From Ancylonema sp. (lineage: Eukaryota): a DNA stretch of 45,196 bases. Made by a program: the position numbers and the translations under genes. Of the stretch, positions 23,839-34,531 are shown one piece after another (within the stretch, counting starts at the first letter, position 1; each line of letters begins with the position of its first letter). The notes below the pieces were generated by a model that was not told where the DNA came from, did no database searches, and was given only the letters and a program-made list of their open reading frames with translations. The stretch spans positions 1-45,196 of the forward strand of contig JBFLGF010000171.1 of assembly GCA_050230475.1 (NCBI GenBank), given 5' to 3'.

Positions 23839-26014
23839 GTTGGGGAGACCCCTTTAGAGCGACGTCGCTGTAATACTGAACGCCTCTGGATACTTTTTGA
23901 TGCCTTTTCCTGGGATGGAGGAGGCGCTGTGACCGAGTCACAGTGAGGCGCATGTGGTGCGGCCCCAGTTCCTTAGATAGGAGGCCCACGGGCGGGTGTG
24001 AGGGAGATAGGAGTTGTTTGCTGTAAGAGGAGGTCCCCTTTAAATGGCTTCTTATCCAGTTGCAATGAGTACAATTTGGCAGCCATCCTTGAACCCCTGC
24101 ACTGGATCACTGCATCACATCCTCTCTCATTGCCTTGCTCCTGAAAGCTCGCACGGCGCTGTGGGAGTGAGTGACATCCTGAGCGGCATCGCTGATCCTT
24201 TCTTCAGAGCCAGATTGCCTTGCTCCTGAGGAGTGAGTGAGGCGCATGTGTGCGGCATGTGTTCTCTCTTACATATCCCACGGCGGGTGTGAGAGGAGAT
24301 AGGTGCGTAGAGGAGGTCAGGACATAAATGGCTTCTTATCCAGTTGCAATGAGTACATTTGGCAGCCATCCCGGGCGGAACCCACTGCACTGCATCACTG
24401 CATCACATCCTCTCTCATTGCAATCCTGAAGCTCGAGCCCGAGAAACATCCTGAGTGGCAGATATGAGGCAATCCAAGTGAAATTGCAGCTTTACTGACA
24501 TGCCCATACTAAATTACGAGTTCTAGAGATTACTGCAAACAATGTGGGGCTTTGAATACAGGCTGGCAATGCCCACGAACTCCTCCAGTGAAAAAAATCA
24601 TGCTGCCATTTCTTGATGACACTCAGGTGCAGAGAAGATGGGTGCGAGAGACTCGATGTGAAGAGAGATGGTAAATAGTAATGATGGCAAGGTAACAAAT
24701 ATCATGTTGCACCAGACTAGGGCCGGCAAAAAATTGTCATCTGACCCTTCTATATTTTTTGTTTATATGGCAGCGAAAACCCTAACAGGGTTCATTGGAA
24801 AATTGGTTGAATGGACGAAGCTATGGAGCAACACAGTCACGGAGCTCTCAAGCCTTAATTTTACGCAAGAAAATCATGCTGACCAAAAAAAAGCGAGAAG
24901 CATCAGGTTCACCTTTAGAATTTCCGCCGTTTCCTCTGGCGTTTCGTCCATGAGAGCCTTCATTGCTGCCAGGTCAACATTGCTCTCGTCTGCATCGAAA
25001 CCCCCTTGCACTACACTTTCATCTAGGAAAAGGGCGCTGGACCTAGCAGGCGCGACGAATGCTTTCCCGTCCTCGGCCATTTGGACCTAAAAGCCTGATG
25101 CTGCGTACAAAGAGGTAAACTGGGGGCGACTAAACAAATCAGATCAGGCCATTTGGAAGCAAGATTTGGCCTGCCTGTGTTGTCTGGCCTGTCGCGGGCC
25201 TAGGTGATTGTGCTTTCATGGTGGTCCTGTGCTCTTTTTGCTCTTCTCACACAACAGGAGCTAATTTACGCAGATAACCAAGAGGTGGGAGAGTTGGCGT
25301 GACGCAGCGCCGGCGTAAGTAGGAAGACGTCAGTCTCACGTCCAAGTGAGATTCTAGAGACGAGCAGTGATTCTAACTCCACGTGGAATTGAAAGGGCTA
25401 AACAGCAAGGTCATTATCCATTGCCACACACGAAACATTGCGCCGTACACTCGGGATAACATTCCCCCTCGCTCACTCACGGCGCGAAATCGGTATGGGG
25501 CTGGGAGCTCGCAATCTCAAAGTATCACGCTTGAAGCGCACGATCATAAGAAATGTTCTATACGCATGCTGCTTACATTTGTGGACCTGTCGATCGCGCT
25601 TCTGCTGCGAACAGTCCGCCATAATTGCTGGGATTCCATTTGAACCAATCACATCCACTGTGGCTTTGTCAAGAGTAGTAGGCTTCGTGGGAGGTCAATC
25701 ATGTATTTATGACAGTCGGGGTGCCCCTTTGCACAGCTTGGGTGTCCTTTTCTGATTTGTATTTGACGACCCCCTGAATTATTGACTGTTTGGACTGCAT
25801 CAAAGATAACAACCAGTACAACAATATTCATGTGCCTCACAGCGCCAAAGTTCTTGATATGCTGATGATATCTTATCGCCTGTCGGGAAAAGTGTTCTTA
25901 AACTGCAATGGAGACGATTCGCTGGGCCTACGGAAATCGATAGATTGGCGCCTATTAATTCGCAAGGCAGGACTGGCGAGGTTGGTCCGTTTGGAGGTGC
26001 CCCCATTGACAATC

Positions 26015-26971
26015 ATGTTGTCGCAATTCGCCTGCACCCCGTCGCCAATTTGCCCGCTACGAAACGTCGCTCCTCTCCACAAAACATCCTTTGCAAAGAG
26101 GAGAGAGCTACGTTTGACTTCATTGGAGGGCAAAGCAAACCGCGGGCTGACCACCAATACTGCTTTGAGTGTACACGAGGAGCCGCACGGCCAATTTGTG
26201 AAGTCCCTGGCGCTCGTATACCCGAAACTGCCCTGTCGATTTTGTGCAGGTATGTCCAACTGCTGTAAGCTGGCAGGAATCAGAGTTGGATCACATAGCA
26301 GGAAGCGCACTCCTCTCCACTTTCAGGAGCGTTGGTAGTTCCGTGTAGGCCTTGCGGTGCCAATGGCATCCTACAACGGGGTGGTTATCACAGACGCAAT
26401 CCAGTCTCCCTGGACCGCATCGTCGGTCAGTGCTCGTTCGTCAAACACTGCCACAATCGTCGATTCTATCAGGCGATTACACCTCATTCGGCCTGGTATG
26501 ATATGATGTGTAGGTTCGAAATGGACGGCCATGCAGCGAACATTTGGCTGGCGCCACTTTTTTGTGCAATCGAAAGCGAAAGGGCAGGGCAAGGAGTGGT
26601 TTCTTGAGATGGTTGCGACCTGTGACCAAACATCGCGCTTCTGGGTGAACGCACAGAATCTCAAGGTGCGGACACAACCCCTTGCTGTGTCTGCAATATA
26701 ACAACCACATGTGCAATGGAGAGAAGGGGCAGAAGCTGCTCTCAGTCTTGCACCGGGTACACTCGTTCCCTATTTGACTTGATCTGTTGGTCTTCAGGAT
26801 CGGGAACGGTGGAGCAGTGGGTGGCTTCAGAAAGAGGCCATGTCAGTGCTCACGGGGACTGTCTGCAAAGCCTGCATGGGTGCCAAGGAGGTGGCCTGCT
26901 CTGCTTGTCAGGAGGAAGGTACCTCTAGCAGCGGACCAGCCTCAGGCAAACTGGATGTCATTGAAGTGTGA
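26015..26971 (+). CDS. Putative plastid DnaJ-type zinc-finger protein with inserted Trp-rich TIGR02450/DUF2389-like domain (4 exons)
   Basis: Exons 26015-26249, 26327-26425, 26514-26665 and 26798-26971 are joined by GT-AG introns in frame: basic transit-like leader, CRFCAG..CRPCGANG, then GSKWTAMQRTFGWRHFFV..LEMVATCD..FWVNAQNLKDRERWSSGW, then CKACMG..CSAC. Confidence 0.8.
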
Positions 26972-27202
26972 GCTGGCAAGGAAAGCCATAAATCCATGTA
27001 ACATGCCAAATGTGTCCCTGTCGGCAAAAGGAGACGGATGATGATGGCACAAGGTTGATTGCACTACCATTTCTTAGCGTACAACAGGATCAGCCCTAAT
27101 CCATGAACTACTTGTGGAATGTCGATAATCAAAAGTGGGATAAATTAAATAATTTATAATAGAGTGGAAGCGCATCAAAACGAGGGTGTTCGGCTCCACT
27201 TC

Positions 27203-28615
27203 CTATTTGAGTCGGAAAGTTGACACCACCTGCTCCAACCCAACACCCGCGCGACACAGTACACTCGCCAATCAGCCACAGAGGATCACTTGCATGTCGG
27301 ACGTGATGCACCCGAATTCAGCACACCCATTACCCCCCACGTACTCTCTTTATAATTGACTCGAATTTCTCCGAATCTGATTCGAGGTACTGCAGCATGG
27401 GCAACCACGCGGTCGCTATGTCAGCCAAGAGATGGAACACAAGCCTGCATGAGGGGGCTACAGTGCTGCAGCTGGACTTGCCTGGCCTGTTAAGGTATAC
27501 AGCCGATTGTAGTACCCGCTTCTCTTCACTGCTACAGCCGAAACTAGCTGCCGCTTCGCCTCTCCCACTGGTTGCAACGAGTAATTGACGTACAACATAT
27601 CTGGAAATGTCCCCCACCCCCACCCCCACCTCTCTTGCTTCCGTTCATGTCCACATCCTGGTCTGAAGGAGAGGTACGCAGAGATGGGCGCACCATTGGC
27701 AGCGGTGGCTGTGACAAGTGTGGCACGTTGACCTGGAGGCCGCTTCCAGCTGCGATCCAAGCTGTTCACCTGCACCCCCTCGACCCCTCTGTGTCACCTC
27801 CCCCTGCTGCTGCTGCTGCTCAAGGGGGGGCTGAACACACCAGATTCTCAGAGAAGTCTTCCACGCGCCCAAAGGATGAAAGATCGGTGTAGTCAGCTCC
27901 CAGGATGGTGATCACAACACTCACTGCACGCAGCACCATCACACACCCTCAAGACGACTGGCCACTATCAGTGGGAGCAGGCGCTGACTCACCATTTGTG
28001 ACAGGGTCCCCCTTAGCATAAAAGCCCACCACCCTTCGACTCCCTGTCATCCCTTCCCCGCTCTCCCACCCTGCCCCCGCCCCCGCCCCCACGTCAGAAA
28101 CATCACTCGAGCAAGGTTGCACAGCATTGCCTGCCATGTCACCTTCCGGCACTTGTAGCGAAAAAAGGTTGTCTGGATCCGTGTACACAGCCTCCTGGAC
28201 GCCTGGAGAAGCCCACAGCCCACAGGTTTGTGGATGCGAACAGGGAGAGCCAGGTGCTCTTGAGGGGTACCTGCAGGGGCAGCTGCAGTAGCCAAGGGCG
28301 TCCATCCCAGCAAGCTGGCGGTGGCCGCTGCCACAATCAGCTGGCGACGGTCCACCACAGACTCCACTGACAAAGGAGCTGCAAATTCAAACAGAGCTCT
28401 GTGTCGAAGACTATTCTGCAGAAGATGATGGGCACTGAAAGACGGCATGCAATTGTGTGGAGGCAGTGTAGCGGAAGTGTTGAGAAGCAGCGTGAGGTGA
28501 GGGGCTGACCAGACACGCTGCAACGAATTGGCGTCACAGCTATCCTGCCCCTTCTCCTTCCCATAGAGGCAGGGGAAGCAGAGCACACGGCAGAGGGGGC
28601 ACACATGGCAGCCAT
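27203..28615 (-). CDS. PPD3: PsbP-domain protein 3-like thylakoid lumen protein, copy 1 (9 exons)
   Basis: Transit peptide, twin-arginine signal DRRQLIVAAATASLLG, NVSVVITILGADYTDLSSFGRVEDFSENLVNSLDRSWKRPPG and YYNRLYTLTGQY..VVSTFRLK*; intron 7 has a GC donor. Confidence 0.9.
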
Positions 28616-29984
28616 GGCGGTTGGGGATGAAGTGCAGCCCCAGGAGCCGGCAATCTGCCGGAAGCAGGCAGCAGGCAGAACATGCATGGTCAAAGGTCAT
28701 CCACCTTCTGTGGATGTCGGACAAGAGTCAACGGTAACGGTGGCATGCAAATGGGGATGGAATGCGTGTTCATGGAGACAAGGGGAGCAAGATGTGTTAT
28801 CTCGATCCACAACGGTGACTCCGTGACTCGGTAGGGTTGTAGGCCCCCGTAGGTGTCCTCACTGTCCGAATACAGTGACTTTTCTTTCCTCCTCTTTCCC
28901 CCATGGTCACATGTGGTAGATACATACATGATGTCCACTTTTACATCGGGACAACTGAATTTCTTCGAAATCGGTCGTGTCACTGCCTGCATCCGAGGCA
29001 CACGTTTTTGGTCCTGCTACTAGGGACGTTCTGCATGCTGCCCGGGTCTCACAGGCTTCCTCTGTCGTCTAACATTCGCTGAATTTATAACTGAACACTG
29101 TGGAATGGACTCCTATCGGACACAAGCAGAGAGGAGGAAAAACGCGTATCGGCCAAATGTATGGTAAAAGACTGCAACCTGTACGCTCGGAAAACCTCTC
29201 TTGCCTTCTTGAGTCATTATTAACAAATACTTAATCTGTAAGCAGATTGCCTCTCCCTTCTGCCATAATATCATTTCGGTCCGTTTGAATAAAATAGTTT
29301 ACAAATCTCTCAAATATCCTCAGGCTCACCAAGTGTGCTGTAAGACGCCGATGAGCAAAGTATTGTGCGTGTTGAGATGTCTCTGAAACACTAATTTGAA
29401 GCGCGATGAGCTCAACAGTGGATAATTGAGTACAAATATCCAAATGCATGTACAGAGTGAAGCGAGACCCTCCCCTTTATGAAAACTTAATCCTTCATAC
29501 ATGGCGCAGCTCACACGTATGCTATTTTTTGGTGAGTCTGAGCACCTTCTCTTCAAAGGACAGATTATCCCCCCTTACCTCAATTCAGGACAGTGATGCT
29601 CCGACAATGTGGTGAAGACTGAGCTGATCCAGCTCTTCCGCGACAGTTCCGCAAAATGTTGGAAATTCAAAGCGGAAAACGCACCAAACTCTGAATGCGT
29701 GGTATTCAGCTGAGACGGGGAATTGTCACCTGCTCTGGAGGAGACCCAACAGGGACACCTCAATGTTGTAGAGCAGGGCGGATCACTGGTAGAGCCGCTA
29801 TATAAACAGTAACGGTATAAAGTAATATTTGTGGTGAAACAATGCCGTACCCAGAGTCCCGATACTCCAGGCATTCATCATTTCCTGATATTCGATAGAA
29901 CGAATCTAGTTACAGCTACCGGTACGTCTTTTCCCGCCTTCCTGATGTGAGCAAGGCAGTTCGTACTACCCGGCTTCCAGCTGG

Positions 29985-31189
29985 ATGCAGTGCGGGGCCC
30001 GGCTAACCCAAGCGGGCCCACGCAAGCCGTATTCTATGGCAATTGGTGCCTCACTGCTTACCGCCCCTCCCATCTGTAATGTTGCGACTGGATATTTCCC
30101 CCTTAACGTCCGCGAGGCTCGTCTGCGCTGCTGCTCCTCCCAGCAGGGGCACAATGCGCACAGGCTACAATGCCAGAATGCCTCATCACGGCCGGACAGA
30201 AGAGAAAATAAAGAAAGCGTTCATTTCATAGGAATTGGTGGTGCCGGCCTCTCAGCCTTGGCCCTTTTTGCCCTGAAGCAGGTCAGCTGAGGGGGAACCT
30301 GAAGAAAAGGTGCTGCAAGCCAACATGCAGCTGACATGGGGGAGTAAGAGGGAATGTAGGGATGGGACGTGAGTGGCTCCGACCTGGCGAACAGCGAGAG
30401 GTTGGAGTGGCTACGGAGCGAAGGAGCCAAAGTGTACCTTGGTCACGATGCATCCCATCTGTCTGCAGGCTCGTCTTCTCCGCCACTCGCAGTCGTGGTT
30501 TCCAGCGCAGTTGCAATGGGTAATGTGGAAGTTGAGGAGGCTAAACGAGCAGGAATTCGAGTGTGAGATCCCATCACTGTCTCCATTCACATTCACATTC
30601 ACATTCATGTCGCCTGTATAACTCATCGAGGCCCACTACATTCGCAGGTGGAAACGTGATGAGTGGCTGGGGAGAATCACGGGCGACACGGAGCTTATTG
30701 CTGTGGCGGGTTCGCACGGTGACTTCCGAAAGCTGGCAGCACGCCTTGAGGGATGAGGGCAGAAGCAGGCCTGGAGTGCTGAACTGTTCTTGGAGGGTTG
30801 ACAGGCAAGAGCAGCACCACTGCCATGCTGGCAGTGTGCTTGAAGGCCCTCGGGAATGACGTGAGCGCCATTGTCGGTGCGGAAGTACCTCAGGTACTTT
30901 GCTCATCCACACAAGGTCCCTATCGACCCTTCCTGAGACATTGTCTCCTCTCCTCAATCCAGTTCCCGGATGGAGGCAACGCCATGGTGGGAAACAGCTC
31001 TCTCTTTGTTTTGGAGGTACACCATCCCATTCTTCCCCAAGGACATCAACACAGGCCTGTGCCATGGGGAGGCTGAGTGGGTACCCTCTGCAGGCGGATG
31101 AGTACGATGGGTGCTTTCTGGGCGTCCAACCTTTGTTGGCAGTCGTCACCAACTGCGAGTGGGAGCACGTAGACATCTTCCCTAACGAG
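29985..31189 (+). CDS. murC: MurC (UDP-N-acetylmuramate:L-alanine ligase), exons 1-6 with plastid transit-like leader
   Basis: [44 protein letters not shown] (P-loop), [12 protein letters not shown] and [11 protein letters not shown]. The intron 6 acceptor is destroyed at 31270. Start ATG at 29985 or 30036. Confidence 0.92.
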
Positions 31190-31277
31190 GTACCCTCGCC
31201 CTTCCTCCCCCGCCCCTGCCTCTCTTCCCACTCCTTCTCATGTGCCCCTCTGTCCCTCTGCCCCTCCGCAACACGAT

Positions 31278-32100
31278 GCGGGCTGACCACCAATACTGCT
31301 TTGAGTGTACACGAGGAGCCGCACGGCCAATTTGTGAAGTCCCTGGCGCTCGTATACCCGAAACTGCCCTGTCGATTCTGTGCAGGTATGTCCAACTGCC
31401 GTAAGCTGGCAGGAATCAGAGATGGGTCACACAGCAGGAAGCGCACTCCTCTCCACTTTCAGGAGCGTTGGTAGTTCCGTGTAGGCCTTGCGGGGCCAAA
31501 GGCATCTTACAACGGGGTGGTTATCACCGACGCAATCCAGTCTCCCTGGACCGCATCGTCGGTCAGTGCTTGTTCGTTAGCACCTGCCACAATCGTCGAT
31601 TCTATCAGGCGAGTACACTCATTCGGCCTCATATGACATGTAGGTTCGAAATGGACGGCCATGCAGCGAACATTTGGCTGGCGCCACTTTTTTGTGCAAT
31701 CGAAAGCGAAAGGGCAGGGCAAGGAGTGGTTTCTCGAGATGGTGGCGACCTGTGACCAGACATCGCGATTCTGGGTGAACGCACAGAATCTCAAGGTGCG
31801 GACACAACCCCTTGCTGCGTCTGCAATATAACAACCACAAGCGCAGTGGAGAGGGGGGGCAGAAGCCGCTCTCAGATTGCACCGGGTGCTCTCGTTCCCT
31901 GTTTGACTTGGGCTGTTGGTCTACAGGATCGAGAACGGTGGAGCAGTGGGTGGCTTCAGAAAGAGGCCATGTCATTGCTCACAGCGACTGTCTGCAAAGC
32001 CTGCATGGGTGCCAGACAGGTGGCCTGCTCTGCTTGTGAGGAAGAAGGAAGCTCTAGCAGCGGGCCGACCTCAGGCAAACTGGATGTCATTCAAGTGTGA
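31278..32100 (+). pseudogene. 5'-truncated second copy of the DnaJ-type Zn-finger/Trp-rich gene
   Basis: Matches 26142-26971; lacks the start codon and the first ~42 codons; remaining exons and splice sites are intact. Confidence 0.85.
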
Positions 32101-32337
32101 GCTGGCAAGGGGAGTCATGAACGCACGCAATCCACATAACATGCCAAATGTGTTACTGCCCGCAAAAGGAGACGGATGATGGCACAAGATTGATTGTTGT
32201 ACCATTTCTTAGCGTACAACAGGACCAGCCCCAATCCATGAACTACTTGTGGAATGTCGATAATCAAAAGCGGGACGAATTAAATAATATATAATAGAGT
32301 GGAAGCGCATCTAGACGAGGGTGTTCGACTCCACTTC

Positions 32338-33765
32338 CTACGTGAGTCGGAAAGATGACACCACCTGCTCCAACCCAACACACGCGCCACACGGTACACT
32401 CGCCAGTGAGCCACAGAGGATCACTTGCTTGTCGAGCGTGATGCACCCAAATTCAACACACCCATTTCCCCTCACCACACCCATTTCCCCTCACGTACTC
32501 TCTTTATAATGGACTCGAACTTCGCCGAATCTGATTCGAGGTACTGCAGCATGGGCAATCGCGTGGTCGCCATGTCAGCCGAGAGGTGGAACACAAGCCA
32601 GCATGAGGGATATGCGGCAGCTGGACTTGCCTGGCCTGTCAAGGTGTACAGCCGGTTGTAGTACCCGCTTCTCTTCACTGCTACAGCCGAAACCAGTTGC
32701 CGTTTCTCCTCTCCTACTGGTTGCAACGAGTAATTGACGTAAAACATATCTGGAACCGCCCCCCACCACCACCTCTCTCACTTCCGTTCGTCTCCACATC
32801 CTGCTCTGAAGTAGGGGTGCGCAGCGGCAGGGGGGGCAGAGATGGACGCACCATTGGCGGCGGTGGCTTTGACAAGGGTGGCGCGTTGACCTGGGGGCCG
32901 CTTCCAGCTGCGATCCAAGCTGTTCACCTGCACCCCTTCCACCCCTCTGTGTCACCTCCCCCTATTACTGTTGCAGCTCAAGGGGTGGCTGAACCCACCA
33001 GATTCTCAGAAAAGTCTTCCACGCGCCCAAAGGATGAGAGATTGGTGTAGTCCGCTCCCAGGATGGTGATCACAACACTCACTGCACGCAGCACCATCGC
33101 ACACCCTCAAAACGAATGGCAACTATCAGTGGGAGCAGGCGCTGACTCACCGTTTGTGACAGGGTCCCCCTTGGCATAAAAGCCCACCACCCTTCGACTC
33201 CCTGTCATCCCTTCCCCGCTCTCCCACCCTGCCCCCACCCCTCCCCCACGTCAGCAACATCACTCGAGCAAAGGTTGCAGAGCATTGCCCGCGATGTCAC
33301 CTTCCGGCACTTGCACCGAAAAAAGGTTGTCTGGATCCGTGTACACAGCCTCCTGGACGCCTGGAGAAGCCCACAGGTTTGTGGATGCCAACAGGGAGAG
33401 CCAGGGGGGGCTGGTGAGGAGGAGTACCTGCAGGTGCAACTGCAGCCGCCTTAGCGAAGGGCGCCCATCCCAGCAGGCTGGCAGTGGCTACTGCCACAAT
33501 CAGCTGGCGCCGATCCACCACCGACTCCACTGACAAAGGAGCTGCAAATGTGAACAGAGCTCTGTGTCAAAAAGTAGTCTGCAGAAGATGATTGGCACAC
33601 AAGTGTATGGAGGCAGTGCAGTAAAAGTGTTGAGAAGCAGCGTGGGGTGAGGGGCTGACCAGACACGCTGCAACGAATTGGCGTCACAGCTGTCCTGCCC
33701 CGTCCCCTTCCCATAGAGGCAGGGGAAGCAGAGCAAACGGCAGAGGGGGCACACATGGCAGCCAT
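32338..33765 (-). CDS. PPD3: PsbP-domain protein 3-like, copy 2 (intact)
   Basis: All 9 exons are open with conserved splice sites including the GC donor; in-frame 6-bp indel in exon 2; ends VVSSFRLT*. Confidence 0.88.
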
Positions 33766-34531
33766 GGCAGACAAGGATGAAGTGCAGCAGGGACCAGGGG
33801 GGGGTGAAGGGTAGCCCCAGGAGCACGCAATCTGCCGTAAGCAGGCAGCAGGCAGAACATGCATGGTCAAAGGTCAAAGGTCATCCGCCTTCTCTGGATG
33901 TCGGACAAGGGTCCAAGGTATCGGTGCCATGCAACCGTACCGTCTCTGTACACGAAATAGACATTCTGCATGCAAATGGGGATGGAATGCGGATTCACAG
34001 AGAGTTGCAAGGGGCGCAAGATGTGTTATCGCGATCCCCATAGGTGACTTGGTAGGGTCGCAGGCACACTGTCCGAATACAGTGACTTTCCTTTCTGCAT
34101 TCCTCGATGGCCACATGTGGTAGATACATACATGATGTCTGCTTTTACATCGGGACAAGTGAATTTCTTTGAAATTGGTCGTGTCACTGCCTGCGTCCGG
34201 GGCACACGTTTTTGGTCCTGCTACTAGGGACGTTCTGCATGCTGCCCGGGTCTCACATGCTTCCTCTGTCGTCTAACATTCGCTGAATTTATGACTGAAC
34301 ACTGTGGAGTGGATTTCTATCGGACACAAGCAGAGAGGAGGAAAAACGGGTGTCGGCCAAATGCATGGTAATGGACTGCAATCTATACGCTCGGAAAACC
34401 TCTCTTGCCTTCTTGAGTCATTATTAACAAAGACTTACTCTGTAAGCAGATGGCCTCTCCCTTCTGCCATAATATCATTTCGGTCCGTTTAAATAAAATA
34501 GTTTACAAATCTCTCAAATATTCTCAGGCTC

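Larger units (their letters stand above)
22441..25080 (-). pseudogene. TTC4: TTC4/Cns1-like TPR co-chaperone gene, disrupted in the TPR region as assembled
   Basis: Exon 1 (SNVDLAAMKALMDETPEETAEILK), EQGNLALKKG, AYFRAAKA.., LHWPCLMIYPQ..DVIEDFCE, PLEWD..VELYYQ and VFYVVAK..WSPP* are present. Exon 2 is interrupted by a duplicated intron segment, frameshifted, and the second TPR is not found. Confidence 0.8.

Noticed and set aside
30574..31446. 290-aa minus-strand ORF across the duplication junction (and 25873-26310)
   Set aside because: Antisense to murC and the Zn-finger gene; splice sites and synonymous bias support the plus strand.
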